The notes under the pieces: model-generated | The model's database searches: none | Seen by the model: the letters and a program-made list of their open reading frames with translations, nothing else | What the model was told of the DNA's origin: nothing | Origin: Octopus bimaculoides | Taxonomy: Eukaryota | NCBI RefSeq assembly: GCF_001194135.2 | Contig: NC_068989.1 | Span: forward strand, 80,946,982-81,010,981 | Direction of reading: 5' to 3' | Length of the DNA stretch: 64,000 nucleotides | Shown here: one piece after another, positions 50,466 to 64,000 of the stretch | How the letters are laid out: the number at the start of each line of letters is the position of its first letter | Numbering within the stretch: position 1 is the stretch's first letter | Made by a program: the position numbers and the translations under genes

Positions 50466-53400
50466 TACATTTGCATAAGCTAGACAGAATTCATTGAGGT
50501 TTATTTTCTCTGGCCTGATCCCCCTTCTTGTTGCCAATCCTCATCTGTTTCTAAGTAAGGTAATATTTCCCTATGGCCAGACATTTTCACAGTATGTAGG
50601 ACACAGTTTGTATGATGGGGCTTCTTGAAATTATCTCCCCTTTCTAATTCACTAATTTGGTATCAGTCACAACTGCCAACCATGCCTTTCTTCACTTTTT
50701 ATCAAAACGAAAATGTCAATAAATCAAGAATTTATCTTTTAAGGTTATTTAACATACCTTTACTTACTCCGAGATATTTCTCTTGGCTCATTTTAACAAT
50801 TATGGCATTAAATAAAAAAAAATTGCACAGAATTAAATATATAGGTGTAGGTTATGACTACGTGGCAAAGAAGCTTGCTTTGTCACTATGTAGCTTTGGG
50901 TTCAGTCCCAATGTGTAACACCTTGGGTGAGTACCTTCTATTATAGCCCCAAGTTGATCAACACCCCTATGAATGAATTTTGTAGACGTAAATTGTGTGG
51001 AAGTCTGTCGTGTGTGTGTGTGTGTTTTTTTGTGTCAGTGTTTGTCCCCTCACACCACATGACAACCGGTGTTGGTTTGTTTATGTCCCTGTCACTTAGT
51101 AATTTGGCAAAAGAGAAGAGTAAGTACCAGACTTAAAAAAAAAAAATACTGGGGTTGATTTGTTTGACTAAAATTCTTCAAGAGAGTGCCCCAACTGAAG
51201 TGCAAGAGAGTGCCCAATCACTGAAACAAATAAAACATGGAAGATAAACATGTAGCAAAAATGTTAAAGCAGATTTGATCAACAGTTATTGAAAGAGAAA
51301 AAGGAAAGCAAATGTTAGAGCTAGAGAAAATTTTATTTCTTTTGTTTGTTCTTTTACAAGTCTGAAGTGTGTCAGATTGGAATGGGAAAAAAACCTTTAC
51401 ATAGGAAAAAAAGCAACAAAACTTTAGCTTTGAAGGTAAACTGTCATGATTCAGTGTCTTATATATGTGAGTGTGTAACTGTTGAGGAAAATAGCACCAA
51501 TAGGCAAGTGTGAGGGGAAAATTTAGAATTTAAAAAAAAGAAGAACTCAGTTTAACAGAAAGATATAAGTGTGGGTTAGGGGGTGGGGGGTTGAGATAAA
51601 AAGAAAAAAGAATTTGATTTATTTCAAATCGAAAACAATACCAGATACCAATACATTTAAAGAATGTTTAGCATGAAACACAGAGCAGGAGCTAGAGTAT
51701 TCTGTGCCTCAGGCCAGTGCTACAAAGTACAGCTGTTTGGCAAATACAGCCAAGAGTAGTAGCTTATAAATAAATATGTAGCGTACATTTGTTCAGCTGA
51801 AGTCTATTTCATTTCTGATATTGCTAAAACATTGTTTAAACAACTACAGCATCCATATCTGTTGACAGATATAGATAGTAAGACTAGGATTTACCAAAAA
51901 AATTATCATAATCCTTTTTGTTTTTTGTTTTTTTTTATGTTCTTTGAAAAAAATCTGTATTTTTAGCTAGATTAATGAAATTACATCTAAACTGTTCAGA
52001 ATTTAGATTTTAACATCTTAAGTAATCTCTTGGTTTGCCAAGTGCATAGCACCGACCCTGTTAGTACCAATCTATAAACAGGGGACTAGTGGTGGGTAAT
52101 AAATAAATAAACATGCCAATAATGGCTTTCTTCAGCTGAACTTATACCATTATTATATGTTCTTTTATAAGCTAAAATGTATCTTTATCAAATGGTTGAT
52201 GTAATCAAGTCTTCTTTCAAGACTCCTAATATTTACGTAGAAAGAATAAATGACATTGTTTTGATATCAGCAGGAATTAATTTTTATATAGATAATGGCT
52301 TCAAATCAGCTTTTTAAAACTGAGAGGTAGATACTTATAAAAGAAATCTACAACACTGAATTAATCCAAAACGAACTGCTTGATTTTAAAGATGTAAAAA
52401 GAAGTAATATGGCATGCAAACAGCATCAAAGCCAAAATTTAAATAAACATTTAAGAATAATGTTAAATTCAATAAATATGAAAACATGAAAAAAAAAAAA
52501 AAAATTCCTATGACCACATTATTATTATGATGATAATGATTATTACTATTATTTAAATTAAAATTTTGATGAACATTTTAAAAATTGTTTTACATCATTC
52601 TTTTAAACTGAGTTCTGTATATTCTGATAAGAGGTAGATAAACCGCACACATGCACACACATATACAACATTTGTTTAACTTGAAAGAAAATATCAATAA
52701 GAAAAGAAAATATTGATAATTCTACTTAAAATCCCATTCAGAAAGATGGAATTAATGCAGGAGACTAAAAAGACAGGTTGAAATCTCAGATATGAAATAA
52801 TATAGATGTGTCTCTCCCTCTATATAGATTTAAACATCTTGTTAAATGCTCAGAGTCAAAACTGGTACAATAAGTTTTACTAACAGCTCTATTAACTTTA
52901 AACGTATTTCAATCTAAGAAAGTCTGTTTGACTTAATAATAATAATAATAATAATAAGAGACTTTCAAAAACAAATTGTNNNNNNNNNNTAAAGGAAAAA
53001 AAAAAAAAAAAAGAAAAAAAAGAAAAAGAAATGCTTTATCCAATAAATTTTAAATATTTTTCTTGGTTTTTATTTTTAGAAAAATAATCTCATCCTTGTT
53101 TGTCTCACTTGTGTAAAAACTAATTTCCAAATAGTAATCTTTGTCCATACTAAGTGAAATTTATCTATTCAACTTTAAATATAATTCCATATTTATAGCT
53201 CAATATAACAAATGTAAAGGGTAACAAAAATAATCTAAAACTGGTTATTCCATATAGCGTGTTGCTGGCAGTCACAGGCCAATTCAATAACTGGTAAGGC
53301 ACAACAGTACATATGCTTCGCAGCAGCCTAATATATCTGCACTGTTGCCTTTGTCGTCTTCATTTTACTTTTATAGCAGCCAGCACCTAATCGGACATCA

Positions 53401-54592
53401 TTAAACTATTAAGCAAGAAGCAATACTTTTGACTGAGACAGACAAGAAAAGGGGACAGAAATGAGAAGAGAGAAAGCTAATGTATATAAAACTCACTAAA
53501 CACATTTCAAACTCAAATATTTAAAGACTGAAGCCTATTTCAATAAAATGCTTAAATTATTGCATCTAATCAGAACAAAATTTTTTTGAAGGAAGTAAAA
53601 GGTCCAATTCAAAGTTCTTTAGATTTACACAACAATACTTCTTAAACTAGTCTTTACTAAATTCTTTATATTAATTAAATTTTAAAATATTGTCCAAAGA
53701 TAACAGTTGCATTAAATGATAAAAAAAAAAAACGAAAAACCATGATATAAATATAATGAAGACAATATATTCAAGAAATCTAACTGGCTAAATGGTATCT
53801 ACTGCTTGTGCACACACACGCACAGTCAGCCAACGCAACTACTAAATGACACTAGCAGCCAATGCAAACAAAATACGACTATTGTTAAAGTTATATCCAA
53901 AACATCATTGCACATGTTTGCTCATGTAGGCAAGCACAGCTTCTCCTCTTCAAGTCTTATAGTGCTGTACTACTATCAGTTTCAGAAGAACCATGTGGGC
54001 ATGTGCATGCTATTGACTTTGATATTTACTACAATTACTACTACAGGAATCAATTGTCTACAATAGTGCTGTATCGGATTTTTTTTTCTTTAGGCAACGT
54101 TAGCAGAAGTTTTTTTGTTGTTGTTGTTGAGATTCTTATACTCATGATTATTTTGAAGTATATCAGTAAGATAATTACCATTAGCAGCATACATATTACA
54201 TTTAACGAGGGGGGGGAAAAAATGTAGGTAACTGTTGGAATAAAATTTAGCCCTACCTCAATTGGGACACTGTTGTTGTCTTTTTTTTTTGTTTGATATT
54301 TTAAAATTTTTTGTTTTACATATACAAAAATATGTTAAGGTTTTTGGTTACAGGAAAGAATTCAAAAGTTTTTCCTAATAACTACTGAAAAAAATTCAAA
54401 TGAGTTAAGGCAGCAGCTGTAGCAGTTGAGTCTGCTAGATACATCGCTCTTCCCGGTAATCTAGGAGAGGTGAACTCCAGACAAAGACAGCAAAAGTAAT
54501 GAATGTAGCATGCCTCCTCCTCCACGCACTGGTCAACAGGTGAGAAGGAACACAAATGGTCCGATGCACAGCACTGCTTGGCATCCACATCA

Positions 54593-54660
54593 TCATTGCA
54601 TGCCCTCGGGCTTTTTACCTCCGTGGAATTCCTCTATGCACAAGTGGCAACTCCAACTAC
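54593..54660 (-). CDS. DPF: DPF terminal coding exon
   Basis: Acceptor tctttcgttacag|GT, phase 1. Encodes (G)SWSCHLCIEEFHGGKKPEGMQ* with TGA at 54595-54593. All four exons join in frame. Confidence 0.93.
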
Positions 54661-55381
54661 CTGTAACGAAAGATAAATGTAGAAACATCAGAATAAAAAA
54701 CTTATTTGATAAAATACAATATGCATGATAGTTTTCAATGAAAACAAAGAGAGAAAAACCATCTGTGTTGGTGCCATGTAAAAGCACCCATGCCAGTGCC
54801 ACGTATGTAGCATCTGTACTGGTACCACATTAAAAGCACCCAGTATACTAAGTAAAGTGATAGGCATTAGGAAGGGCATTCAGCCCTAGAAACCAAGCCA
54901 AATCAGGCTGGAACATGGTACAGCTCTCCAGCTTGTTAGCTCTGGTTAAACCTTCCAACCCGTGCTAAATGATGATGATGATGATGATATAAATACACAC
55001 ACACAATTCTAAGAATCTTATTACACATTATCTAAAATAAGCACTACTTAAAATTCAATAATGGAATGGTAATTTTTGTTTTTTAAGTTATGTATGTGTG
55101 TATCTATATGTGTGTGTATGTGTGTATCTGCCTACATAAATACATGTGAGATGCTTAAAACCTCATTATATGAATCTGAAAGTGAGTTCTTTTCTCTCGT
55201 CTACTCCACTTAACATTATAAAATGCATCTTAGTTAACATGAATAAATGTTCTGTGTTAGTATCAAAGTCAGTGACTAACAGGAAGAATATTTTGGAAGG
55301 GCAAATTTTTTTCTGAGGAAGTAAGTGCAAATAGGCAATGTGTTTCAGTACATAATACATATATGTATATAGTTATATTAC

Positions 55382-55463
55382 CCTCAGGCGGTTCCGATAA
55401 CTGAGGAGTCAAGCAATACATATGATAGCCTCGGTCACAGTCATCACAGAACAGAAGCTGTTC
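55382..55463 (-). CDS. DPF: DPF exon: core of PHD2
   Basis: Acceptor ttctccttttag|GAA and donor GAGG|gtaata. 82 nt, phase 0 to phase 1. Encodes [27 protein letters not shown](G). Too short to appear in the ORF track. Confidence 0.95.
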
Positions 55464-55518
55464 CTAAAAGGAGAAAGAAAAGAAAGGAAAATTAATTTTA
55501 TATACATATATATTTATC

Positions 55519-55571
<53 letters not shown>

Positions 55572-55588
55572 TACACTAACACACACAC

Positions 55589-56339
55589 AAGGTGATATCA
55601 AAAGGTTCCAGGAGTAGTTATGCATAATAAAAAATAACTTCTTACACCAGTCCCAGTGTTCCTGCCACTTTTGGAATCCGGCCTGGAAGTTGTTTTTCCA
55701 TAAGCGGGTCAAGGATCTTCTGTAATTCACTCTGGATCTCGACAACGGTGATAAAACAGTGACCTTTGAGTTTCATTTTCATCTTGGGGAAGAGATGGAA
55801 GCCCACAGGTACAGAAGTGATACCATGTTCTTGTGAAGAATCCAATTCTTTGTAGTCCACAGATCCAGTCGCTTTCACTGAATGTCCTTCATCAAACGCT
55901 TCAAAACATCGCAGTACAACCGTCTAGCCCTGGGGGACAAATTCTCGGTGCACAAAACCAAATTTCTGGAGGTGACACTCATGGCAGGTCTTCTAGGGAC
56001 ATTCTTCTACTTTTGAAGCACCCATGCCACTTGAAACATTGTGTACAATCCATTGCCTCATTTCCATAAACTTGCTGAAGCATGTTCAACGTCTCAGTAG
56101 CAGACTTCCCAAGTTTAATACAAAATTTCATGTTGTCTCTTTGTTCCTGTCCATGACAAAAATTGCAGACTGCAGCATACATGTGATCACAAAAACACAT
56201 ATCTGTGAAATAAACTCAGTGACACCACTCGGCACACTGCCTCATGAAGGTCACTGCTAGCTCTCAGTGCACACACAACTGTGTGCTGCCATCTGTTGGC
56301 ATGCTACAGGACTAGTTTGGAGACTTTTTGAAACCACCT
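55589..56339 (-). mobile_element. Internally deleted mariner element in a DPF intron
   Basis: N-terminal HTH region (NMKFCIKLGKSATETLNMLQQVYG...FKWHGCFKSRRMSLED) and C-terminus (FHLFPKMKMKLKGHCFITVVEIQ). Imperfect TIRs AAGGTGATATCAAAAGGTTCCAGGAGTAGT / ACTAGTTTGGAGACTTTTTGAAACCACCTT. Confidence 0.85.
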
Positions 56340-57741
56340 TATGTGTGTATATATATATCTATATATATATGAAATAGTAAAAGTCTCCACATGAAACAAT
56401 GCAAAACAAAAATTTGGGAAAATAATGGAATGAAATTTACAAAGCCAAAGAACATATAATTCATTTAAATGACTACTAATAAGAAAATAATTAAAATATT
56501 TATAATAGAGCTATTTACAGATTACAGGCTTATCAAAAGATTTTACACATAAATGATGGCATGATTTGGCTATATGGTTCATGTTATAATATTGCTCAAT
56601 GTGAATAAGAGCACTTCAAATTTCCTTCATAACAAGCAATTCTTTTTGTTTATTATTTACATTTGACGGATATTTGTCCTCATCTTTTTGTTGTTTAATA
56701 AATCTAATAATGAAATAAACTGAAACAGCACAGCTATTAAATTTGGGGACTAGAAAAATATGGGCTTCACTGTATCTCCGTATGTCATTAGAAACCAACT
56801 TCAACACAATGTGAAAATGACTAACTTTGTCATTAGCCTGAGCTTTTGCCCACTACAGAAAAAAATTCATTTTCAAGGAAAGAATTATTTTTGAGTTAAC
56901 ATACATCATCAATTTAATGTCCACTTTTCTTTGCTTGTATGGGTCAGAAAGAATTTGTTGAGGTAAATTTTCTATGGCCAAATGCTCTTTTTGTTGATAA
57001 CCCACATTGATTTCCAAGCAAGGCAATATTTTCCGGTAACTAGACACGTTTTTCGTGGAAGACAGGAAATGAACAACCTCACTTGTATGACAATAATGCT
57101 CATTTACAACCATCATGTGATGTCTAGACAAGGGTAAACACAAAAACACACACAACAGACCTCTATCAGTCTCTGTCTATTGACTCCACATGCAAAGCTT
57201 TGGTCAATCATAGACTATAGTAGAAGACACATGCCCAAGGTGCTGCACTGTGGAACAGAACCCTGAGACCACATGGCTAGGAAACAAGCTTTTCAACCAT
57301 ATAGCCACATATGCACCTATTTTGACATAAGTTTTCTATAAAGAATTTTCAAAAACATATTACTTGGTAATACTTTGATTAAACCAGAAGCTAGAGCAGC
57401 CTTATCAACAAAACCAACTTAACAGAAAACAGCAATACCACCCTTGTTCTTTACTTCTCATTAAAATCAATTCAACTAAAATCTGTAATACTGCTGGTAT
57501 ACAATAGCAGAAGCCAATATTTATTCAGAATTTACAAATATGTTCAGATTCTTTTCCTACTTCAGCACATGCTATAAACCAGCAGTTTAATTTCACATCC
57601 ATTGTGGCTTATTTTCATGACAAAGTAATTTTATTCAATATCAACTTGTTTATATGTCTTTATCCTATAAATCACTGCAAGTTAGAAAAGATCTTAAAGT
57701 TTGCAGAGAACTGTACATATTTTCAGGAAATGGGAACAGAT

Positions 57742-58061
57742 ATCATCATCATCATCATCATCATCGTTTAACGTCCGCTTTCCATGCTAGCATGGGTTGG
57801 ACGATTTGACTGAGGACTGGTGCAACCGGATGGCTACACCAGGCTCCAATCTAATTTGGCAGAGTTTCTACAGCTGGATGCCCTTCCTAACGCCAACCAC
57901 TCAGAGAGTGTAGTGGGTGCTTTTACGTGTCACCCGCATGAAAACGGCCACGCTCGAAATGGTGTCTTTTATGTGCCACCCGCACAAGAGCCAGTCCAGG
58001 GGCACTGGCAACGATCTCGCTCGAAAACCCTACAAGGCCAGTCAGGCGGTACTGGCAACGG
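57742..58061 (-). mobile_element. RTE-family 3' end (young copy) in a DPF intron
   Basis: (CAT)n followed by the reverse complement of the 25203-25514 sequence. Confidence 0.88.
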
Positions 58062-60254
58062 TATATATATAATATATAATATATATCAGAAAATATTTTA
58101 AAATTTCTACTCTGCAAGACAACTTTGGAAATTTCTAACGGAGAAAATATTTTAACAACAAAAACTGAGAAAATCTTAATCTGAATATAGTAAATGAAAT
58201 TTTGAAGCTAACAAAGCTCTAAATATGAAGTTTGATGTAGTGTAGCTAATAGTAACAACCAGTATCCAGCATGTTAGTGATTGGTGAAATTGTGATAGGT
58301 GTAAATAGTGAAAGGCTAAATTGATAACTAAAGAATTGGTAAACACTAATGAAAATAGTAACTAAATCTAGATATAAACAGTCTCTGAAAGAAGATTATG
58401 CATGTATTAATAATAAGTGCGGATGTTAAGATTAGATTTAGATTAAAGTAAAGCGAATTTGGTGGGTCACAAAAGCTTGCCAGTAATTAGCTGGAGTTGT
58501 GGGTCAGTGCTAGATGTGTTAAAATGTGCTACCCATGGTCACAGTTGTTCTCAGTTTTACAATACCTACAGCAAATATCCTGCAGTTTTCTTGATCCATG
58601 CTGTTGCAAACCTGATTACATCAAAAACAGATTGGTCTGCAAGAATACAAGGTCACACTTTATCAGGTGTTGTATCTGACATGAAAGCTAAGTTCAAAAC
58701 AAAATAAACAATGCCAGCTCTTGCCATTAACCACCTAAATCTAGTTTTTAGTGGACACTAGCATACGTGATGTGGAAAACCCAGTAATCCTAATTAATTG
58801 GAATTATGTCCTTACAGGTGAGAACTATGATTTTCTAAATGACTATTTCTTGAGGGGAGGGGGAACACATGAGTTTTTAATTAATTTAAATTAAATATAG
58901 AATGCAGTATTGAGTTTATTCTTCATCAGTATGGTGACAACTCTGAAGATATGTCTTGTTGAACCCCACTTAGTGAAGCATTGTCTGTTACTGCAGGTCT
59001 TTGATGATGAGAGAAGTAAATAGGGTTTTGCTGAATGAACACAGAGTGGCTTTATAAAATAAAAGACTAGGAGAATATAACTGGAGATACTTGTTGTGCT
59101 TGTGTGTGTGTGTGTGTATTACACTTCACATGTGCTCTTGACAGTTCTATAATTTGTGTATATTGCAAAGCACCAATCTAGAACTGCAGGGATGCCTACT
59201 AAATATAGATTATCGTTATTAACTAATTTAAAAATAATTAACAGTGACCATGGTAGAGACAAGTAATAAATGGGAAAGTTAACTGCAAGACAAAAATAAC
59301 AGTTTTACTGACAAAATGTTCTCCAAGCTGGTATCTATAACATCCACACACGACAAATCAGCTATTTATTTCACCTGAATATATATATATATATATGCAA
59401 TATTATTTGATAATCTAATGTCCATATGAATTTTACAGGTCATTAATCCTCATATCCAATGTTATATTTAAGTTACATCTCATTAAAAATATATCATTCC
59501 ACAGATAACTCCCATTGCCTTATCCAATACATGATTGTTAATACTTTGACATAAATTTGGATAAACAAAAATGTTTGAGAATCATGTTTTTTTTTTTTTA
59601 GATGTTAGCAGCTAATATTTTTAGTAATTTGGTGTAAATCAAAGTTTAAAAGTAAAAAGAAACTGCATCATTTCAATGTAACAGGAGTCCTTGAAGTACA
59701 AAAATGGAAGTCTATTCAATCAAGGATGACTTGGGGACTAAACAACAGGTGTCCTACCACATATGAGGAAGCAACTCTCACAATAAATACATATCATTTC
59801 CTGGTCAATTCCCATAACATTTCTTATAGTAATAACAGTGTTGATATATTTGTTCAAATCTGACAGAATAAGACAAAACAAAAATGAATTCTTAAAACAG
59901 TTTAACCAGGAAAACAATACATGCTATGAAAAATTAATGTCACGAAATGAGAGTTACTTTGAATCCTTTGATTTCAGTCACAAGAAATTTCCACTGGTAA
60001 TTAAAAACAGTTCTGTTAATTTAAGTTTATTTAAATCTGGTTAATGGGGGGAAAAATCTAAGCAACAATCCTCTAAGGACATGAAATGTGAATTTTCTTA
60101 AATGCAAATTTCTCAAACCTTTTTTTTTAACATATAACAAATAAAAACAGTGGCAATAGAAGCTATAGTAGCAACAGCACTAAGAAGATGCAAATAGATT
60201 TTCAAAGAAATATAGATATATATAAATAAAAAAGAAAAGCAAACATATGCTTAC

Positions 60255-60367
60255 ATCATTATCGGATGTCCCACAGAGACCACAAGACTTGCATTCAATA
60301 CATTGCCAAGGATATTTCTTCACGGATATTATCATGTTTGGAGTAAACTGCAGGCAGGATGGATGCC
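60255..60367 (-). CDS. DPF: DPF exon: end of PHD1 and start of PHD2
   Basis: Acceptor ttgtcttgctccag|GG and donor AATGAT|gtaagc. 113 nt, phase 1 to phase 0. Encodes (G)[37 protein letters not shown]. Confidence 0.95.
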
Positions 60368-61971
60368 CTGGAGCAAGACAAACAAAATGGATTGGAAGAA
60401 ATTGTAAAGCCCAAGCAAGAAAATTAATGTAATTTTCATGAGCATTTGTAGCCAAGCAATTAAAATATAAACTTTCTTTTAATAATAATTATAAAAAGAA
60501 ACCAAAAAAAAAAAAAATGATTTCTGAGTAATAAATAACCTAAAGATGAGTGTTAATGGCAAGTTGTTATACTTACAATTGCAAACAGTATCAGAGCTCT
60601 GAGAAAGAGAGTATGAAATATAATTGTAACATTTGGATGGGGGGCAAAATTGTAAATGTTGAAACTATAATGATACACCATGAATCATCTATAACAGTAA
60701 TAGAAGAGAAGATGCAGTCAAAATAGTTGTTTTGGTACAGAATTTAAAACCAAGCCTCCTTAAATGTACTAAATATGTAATTGAGATAAATATTATAGGG
60801 TTTTACAATTTTGCTCAGTAACTGTTGGGCTGTGTATTTGTTTTTGTATTTATGGAGGAAGACAGAAGTATATAAAATTGGTTATTAGCTTACATAAGAA
60901 TTTTTTATATTTTTTCCTATGCATGAACAAAACCAGTAAAATGCAGCTCCTGTCCTAGTCTGTCAAAGCTAGATTTCAAATATTTAGTAAATTAAATCAC
61001 CCAGTAAATAAGCTTAATAATATAAAATATTTTCTTTTTCTTTTTTCATATCACATGGATATATATTTCCTTGGTTCACAGATTTGTCTCAGATAATCTA
61101 CAAACACTTGCAAAAGAAATTCTAAGCTTAAAAAAAAAATAATCATACTCCCAGTTTACCTCAATCAATTTAAAAGCATAATATGGTTTTAAACAATATT
61201 CATTAATGTATTTCAAGATTACATTAATGTAATAGTATGATCTAAACTATAGCTTATATAATCACATCATTATATGTTGAAACAACATAAGAAAATAACA
61301 AACAGGTTTAATTACCATCATTTTCACGCCTGTTCTTCCAAACTGGCATGGGTTGGGACTGGACGTTTTGGCACAGTTTTAACAACCAAACGCTCTTCCT
61401 GGTACCAGCCCTTTTAGTTGCGTTTTACGACACTCAAGTATAAACTGTACTTATCCCTGCATGTCATAAGAGGTGACTAAAAGGAGCTGGTGTTAAGAAG
61501 GCAGACTTTCAGTATTTCCAAATATCTTTTGCCAAATAATCAACAAACAGAACTAAGATTTTTGTTGCAAATACACAAAACTCTGATACTAAAATCAAAC
61601 TGTTAAAAACTGCAAAGTTTCTTGTCAAATCACTTAACTGCTGCAAGGAGTCTAACAACAAGTTTCCTCAACACACACACACATATATTATACTCTTACA
61701 CAAAGAGTGATGACAATGACTTCAAAGTTTTGGCTTGCTACCTCTCATCTGACAGTTTGTAGAAGGATAACAGGCCAAAACTTCAAAGTCACTGTAATTT
61801 CTCCTCCTGTAAAAGTATAAGTATTTTATAAAAAGTATTGCGTAATCCTTCAGTTCATTGTAAAATTGTTTTTATTGTAGTTCAAGGGAAAAACAAACAC
61901 ATATAAATGGTACCCAAAATAAAGATTAAGAGACTGGAGGTAAGAAAAGTTAAATGAATGAAAGCCTTTAC

Positions 61972-62097
61972 CTGATCGTCCACAATCACTGCAGGATACT
62001 AGGCCTTCTGGCTGACGCGTCTTCTTGTTCTCTTGTGAGTCTCCGAGGCAGAAATCACAGTAATTATTTGGAGCCACTTTGCCATCAATAGATTTTG
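61972..62097 (-). CDS. DPF: d4-family (DPF1/2/3, ubi-d4/BAF45) gene, exon encoding the start of PHD finger 1
   Basis: Minus-strand acceptor ttaatctttcag|CA and donor TCAG|gtaaag. 126 nt, phase 1 to phase 1. Encodes [41 protein letters not shown](G), matching the d4-family [10 protein letters not shown]...[18 protein letters not shown] signature. Upstream exons are not in the window. Confidence 0.95.
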
Positions 62098-62500
62098 CTG
62101 AAAGATTAACAAAAACAAAAATAAAAAAACTAAATGCTTGAAGACAGTGGGATGTAACTGAAGAAAGCACAACACTACACAACATGGCAAACTAGAATCC
62201 CATCTATGTTAACCCTGCCACCATTACACCCAGGCTGCAAGCAAGAAAGCAGTTACAGAACAGATAAGTTTAGAATTATTGTGCTATCAATTTCCTTGCT
62301 TAAAAAATTCATCCAGAAATTATCAATTATAACTGCTTTTAATGATAAATTCAAATATGTATCTGCATATTGTTTATATAAAGGTAAGATATTGTTCACC
62401 AGCACTTATCCAAACTAACAAAAAATTTGAAATAGCTTCGCACCTTTTCAAAACAGCCTCATTAATGAACATTTTGGGCCCCCATTGGGAAAGTAGATTT

Positions 62501-62694
62501 TCAGTTTTTCTTGGGCCGCCCTCTCTTTTGGTGGTGATTTTCAATGCTTTTATGCTTCTGCAGTTGATACTGAGAGGCAAAGCATCGGCCACACTCTTCG
62601 CCTGAGCCCACGAGGAATTTGCAAATAAACAGAGAGGGTGAGTCTGCGTGTCTCGTGTGAAGGCTGCCACCATGCATCCACACCGTGTGTCTTC
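62501..62694 (-). CDS. Putative terminal exon encoding a C2H2 zinc finger and AT-hook-like RGRP motif, 400 bp upstream of the DPF PHD1 exon
   Basis: Acceptor catatttccctcttctactgacag|GA, phase 1. Encodes xRHTVWMHGGSLHTRHADSPSLFICKFLVGSGEECGRCFASQYQLQKHKSIENHHQKRGRPKKN*, i.e. C-x9-C-x3-F-x5-L-x2-H-x5-H followed by KRGRPKK. GC-richer than its flanks. Minus-strand ATTAAA at 62343-62338. Confidence 0.6.
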
Positions 62695-64000
62695 CTGTCA
62701 GTAGAAGAGGGAAATATGAAACGGCAAGAAGACGTTCAGATTCTAGGTTGGTGGCCCCGGCTCAGTTTACATACAACAAGATTTGTAGACTTATGAATTA
62801 GAGAGGAAACAAAAAATAACAAAACAAAACAAAAATAAAATAAACATCTTTTTTTTTATATTTATTTTAATAGTTTAAAATAAAATTAAGAAAAATGTGT
62901 GGATTGTTTTATTTTAAATATTGAAACTGAAGAAAAAGTTATAAAGAAAGACAAAGAAAAATTACAAAAATTTGTATACTTTAATAATAGATCGATAGAA
63001 ATATGATATTTCCAATTACTATAATTGCCAATTTTTTTCTGTTATTAAAATATTTCTTTTGGAATCACTTTTATCTTTCTCTCTCTCTCTTTCTCTCTTT
63101 TCAAAAGCATTATATTTCGTTCATATAAGAACAGTGCTATAGTATATTATTGTTTTCAGTAGTATTAAAAGCAGAAATATGCATTATTAAATATTTTTGT
63201 TTATCAGGATGACTTTTTTAAAATTTTATTTAAAATGACCAAAACTTTATTTTTAAAATAGTCTTTAAAATTGATTTAATTTATATTAATATTTTTCTTC
63301 AATTTTTTAATTTTTTATTTATGAATCTTCTGTCTTAAATTAATATTATGAAAGCAGGTTGTAAAAAAATGTAAGAAAAAATATTGAATTATAAAAGAAA
63401 ACAAAGAAAACAAAGGGGAGGCAGGTATCTAAGAAAGAATATTACCAAAGACATTCAATACTAGACAGGGGGGAATAGTTGGAATAAGAATTTGGAATGA
63501 AAGAAGCTGGTAAGCAGGTTCTGACTACTCTACTTGCAGCCTGGTGAAGTATCTATGGTTTACTTTTAGCCTAGGGTTTCTGATGGTACACTTAGGTAAA
63601 CATATTGTAATCAATACATCACAATAGCCACTCACCAAATAAAAGATGAGGTGACAGCACAAGAGAAATGTGTGAGACTTACAAGGAAGATTTTAATGAT
63701 ACAAGAGATTTTACTAACTAAATCATTAACCATAAACTTGACATGCACAGATATTTTATATGCTTAGATAAATATAATAGTATCCCAGCTTGTTACTTAC
63801 AATAGCCAGACTATACTGCTAGCTTTTACTATTGCACTAATATGAGACATTATAAGTTAACAGCCAGTAAATATTAAAGAGACTGGTGAAGTGACATATA
63901 CCAGTTTTTAAGGTAAAATCAAAATGACGTGTGCACACATACACGTTGATGTATGTGTAATAAAAGAGTAAAAGACAACTGAAGGGTGAGGAAGATGGAT

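Noticed and set aside
57820-58101. Recurring [38 protein letters not shown] (also 2774-2974, 24476-25441, 25738-26037, 39340-39594)
   Set aside because: Antisense translation of the multicopy RTE 3' tail, not a gene family.
62374-62673. 99-aa minus-strand ORF overlapping the C2H2 exon in another frame
   Set aside because: No recognisable motif; the overlapping frame has a complete C2H2 pattern and matches the DPF acceptor phase.
62660-62690. VWMHGGS resemblance to the carboxylesterase VWIHGG motif
   Set aside because: Seven-residue match only; the following sequence is a zinc finger and a stop, with no alpha/beta-hydrolase context.
63480-63720. Minus-strand donor-like sites (GTAAGT, GTGAGT) as upstream DPF exons
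   Set aside because: No adjacent open frame resembling the d4 C2H2 or linker region, and no good acceptor.

Overview
AT-rich, microsatellite-dense eukaryotic genomic DNA with 12 N-gaps. The SINE/LINE families point to an octopus (coleoid cephalopod) draft assembly; this is inference. Two protein-coding genes are supportable and lie tail-to-tail. (1) The last four coding exons of a d4-family (DPF1/2/3, BAF45) double-PHD gene on the minus strand (62097 to 54593). (2) An unrecognised plus-strand gene (exons 41489-41834 and 46358-46776) encoding a protein built from a short degenerate repeat. The rest is mostly mobile DNA: RTE LINE fragments and 3' tails, tRNA-derived SINEs, a full-length Tc1 element with DD36E spacing, mariner relics, three MITEs and degenerate CR1/L2-like RT fragments. 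Best leads: two diverged copies of a hammerhead-ribozyme-like motif with covarying stems and a shared non-canonical core (CAUGANGA), plus a third of a different family; a possible alternative terminal C2H2/AT-hook exon just upstream of the DPF PHD exons; the uncharacterised repeat protein; and a ~180-bp near-perfect inverted repeat. All calls come from reading the sequence; no searches were run.
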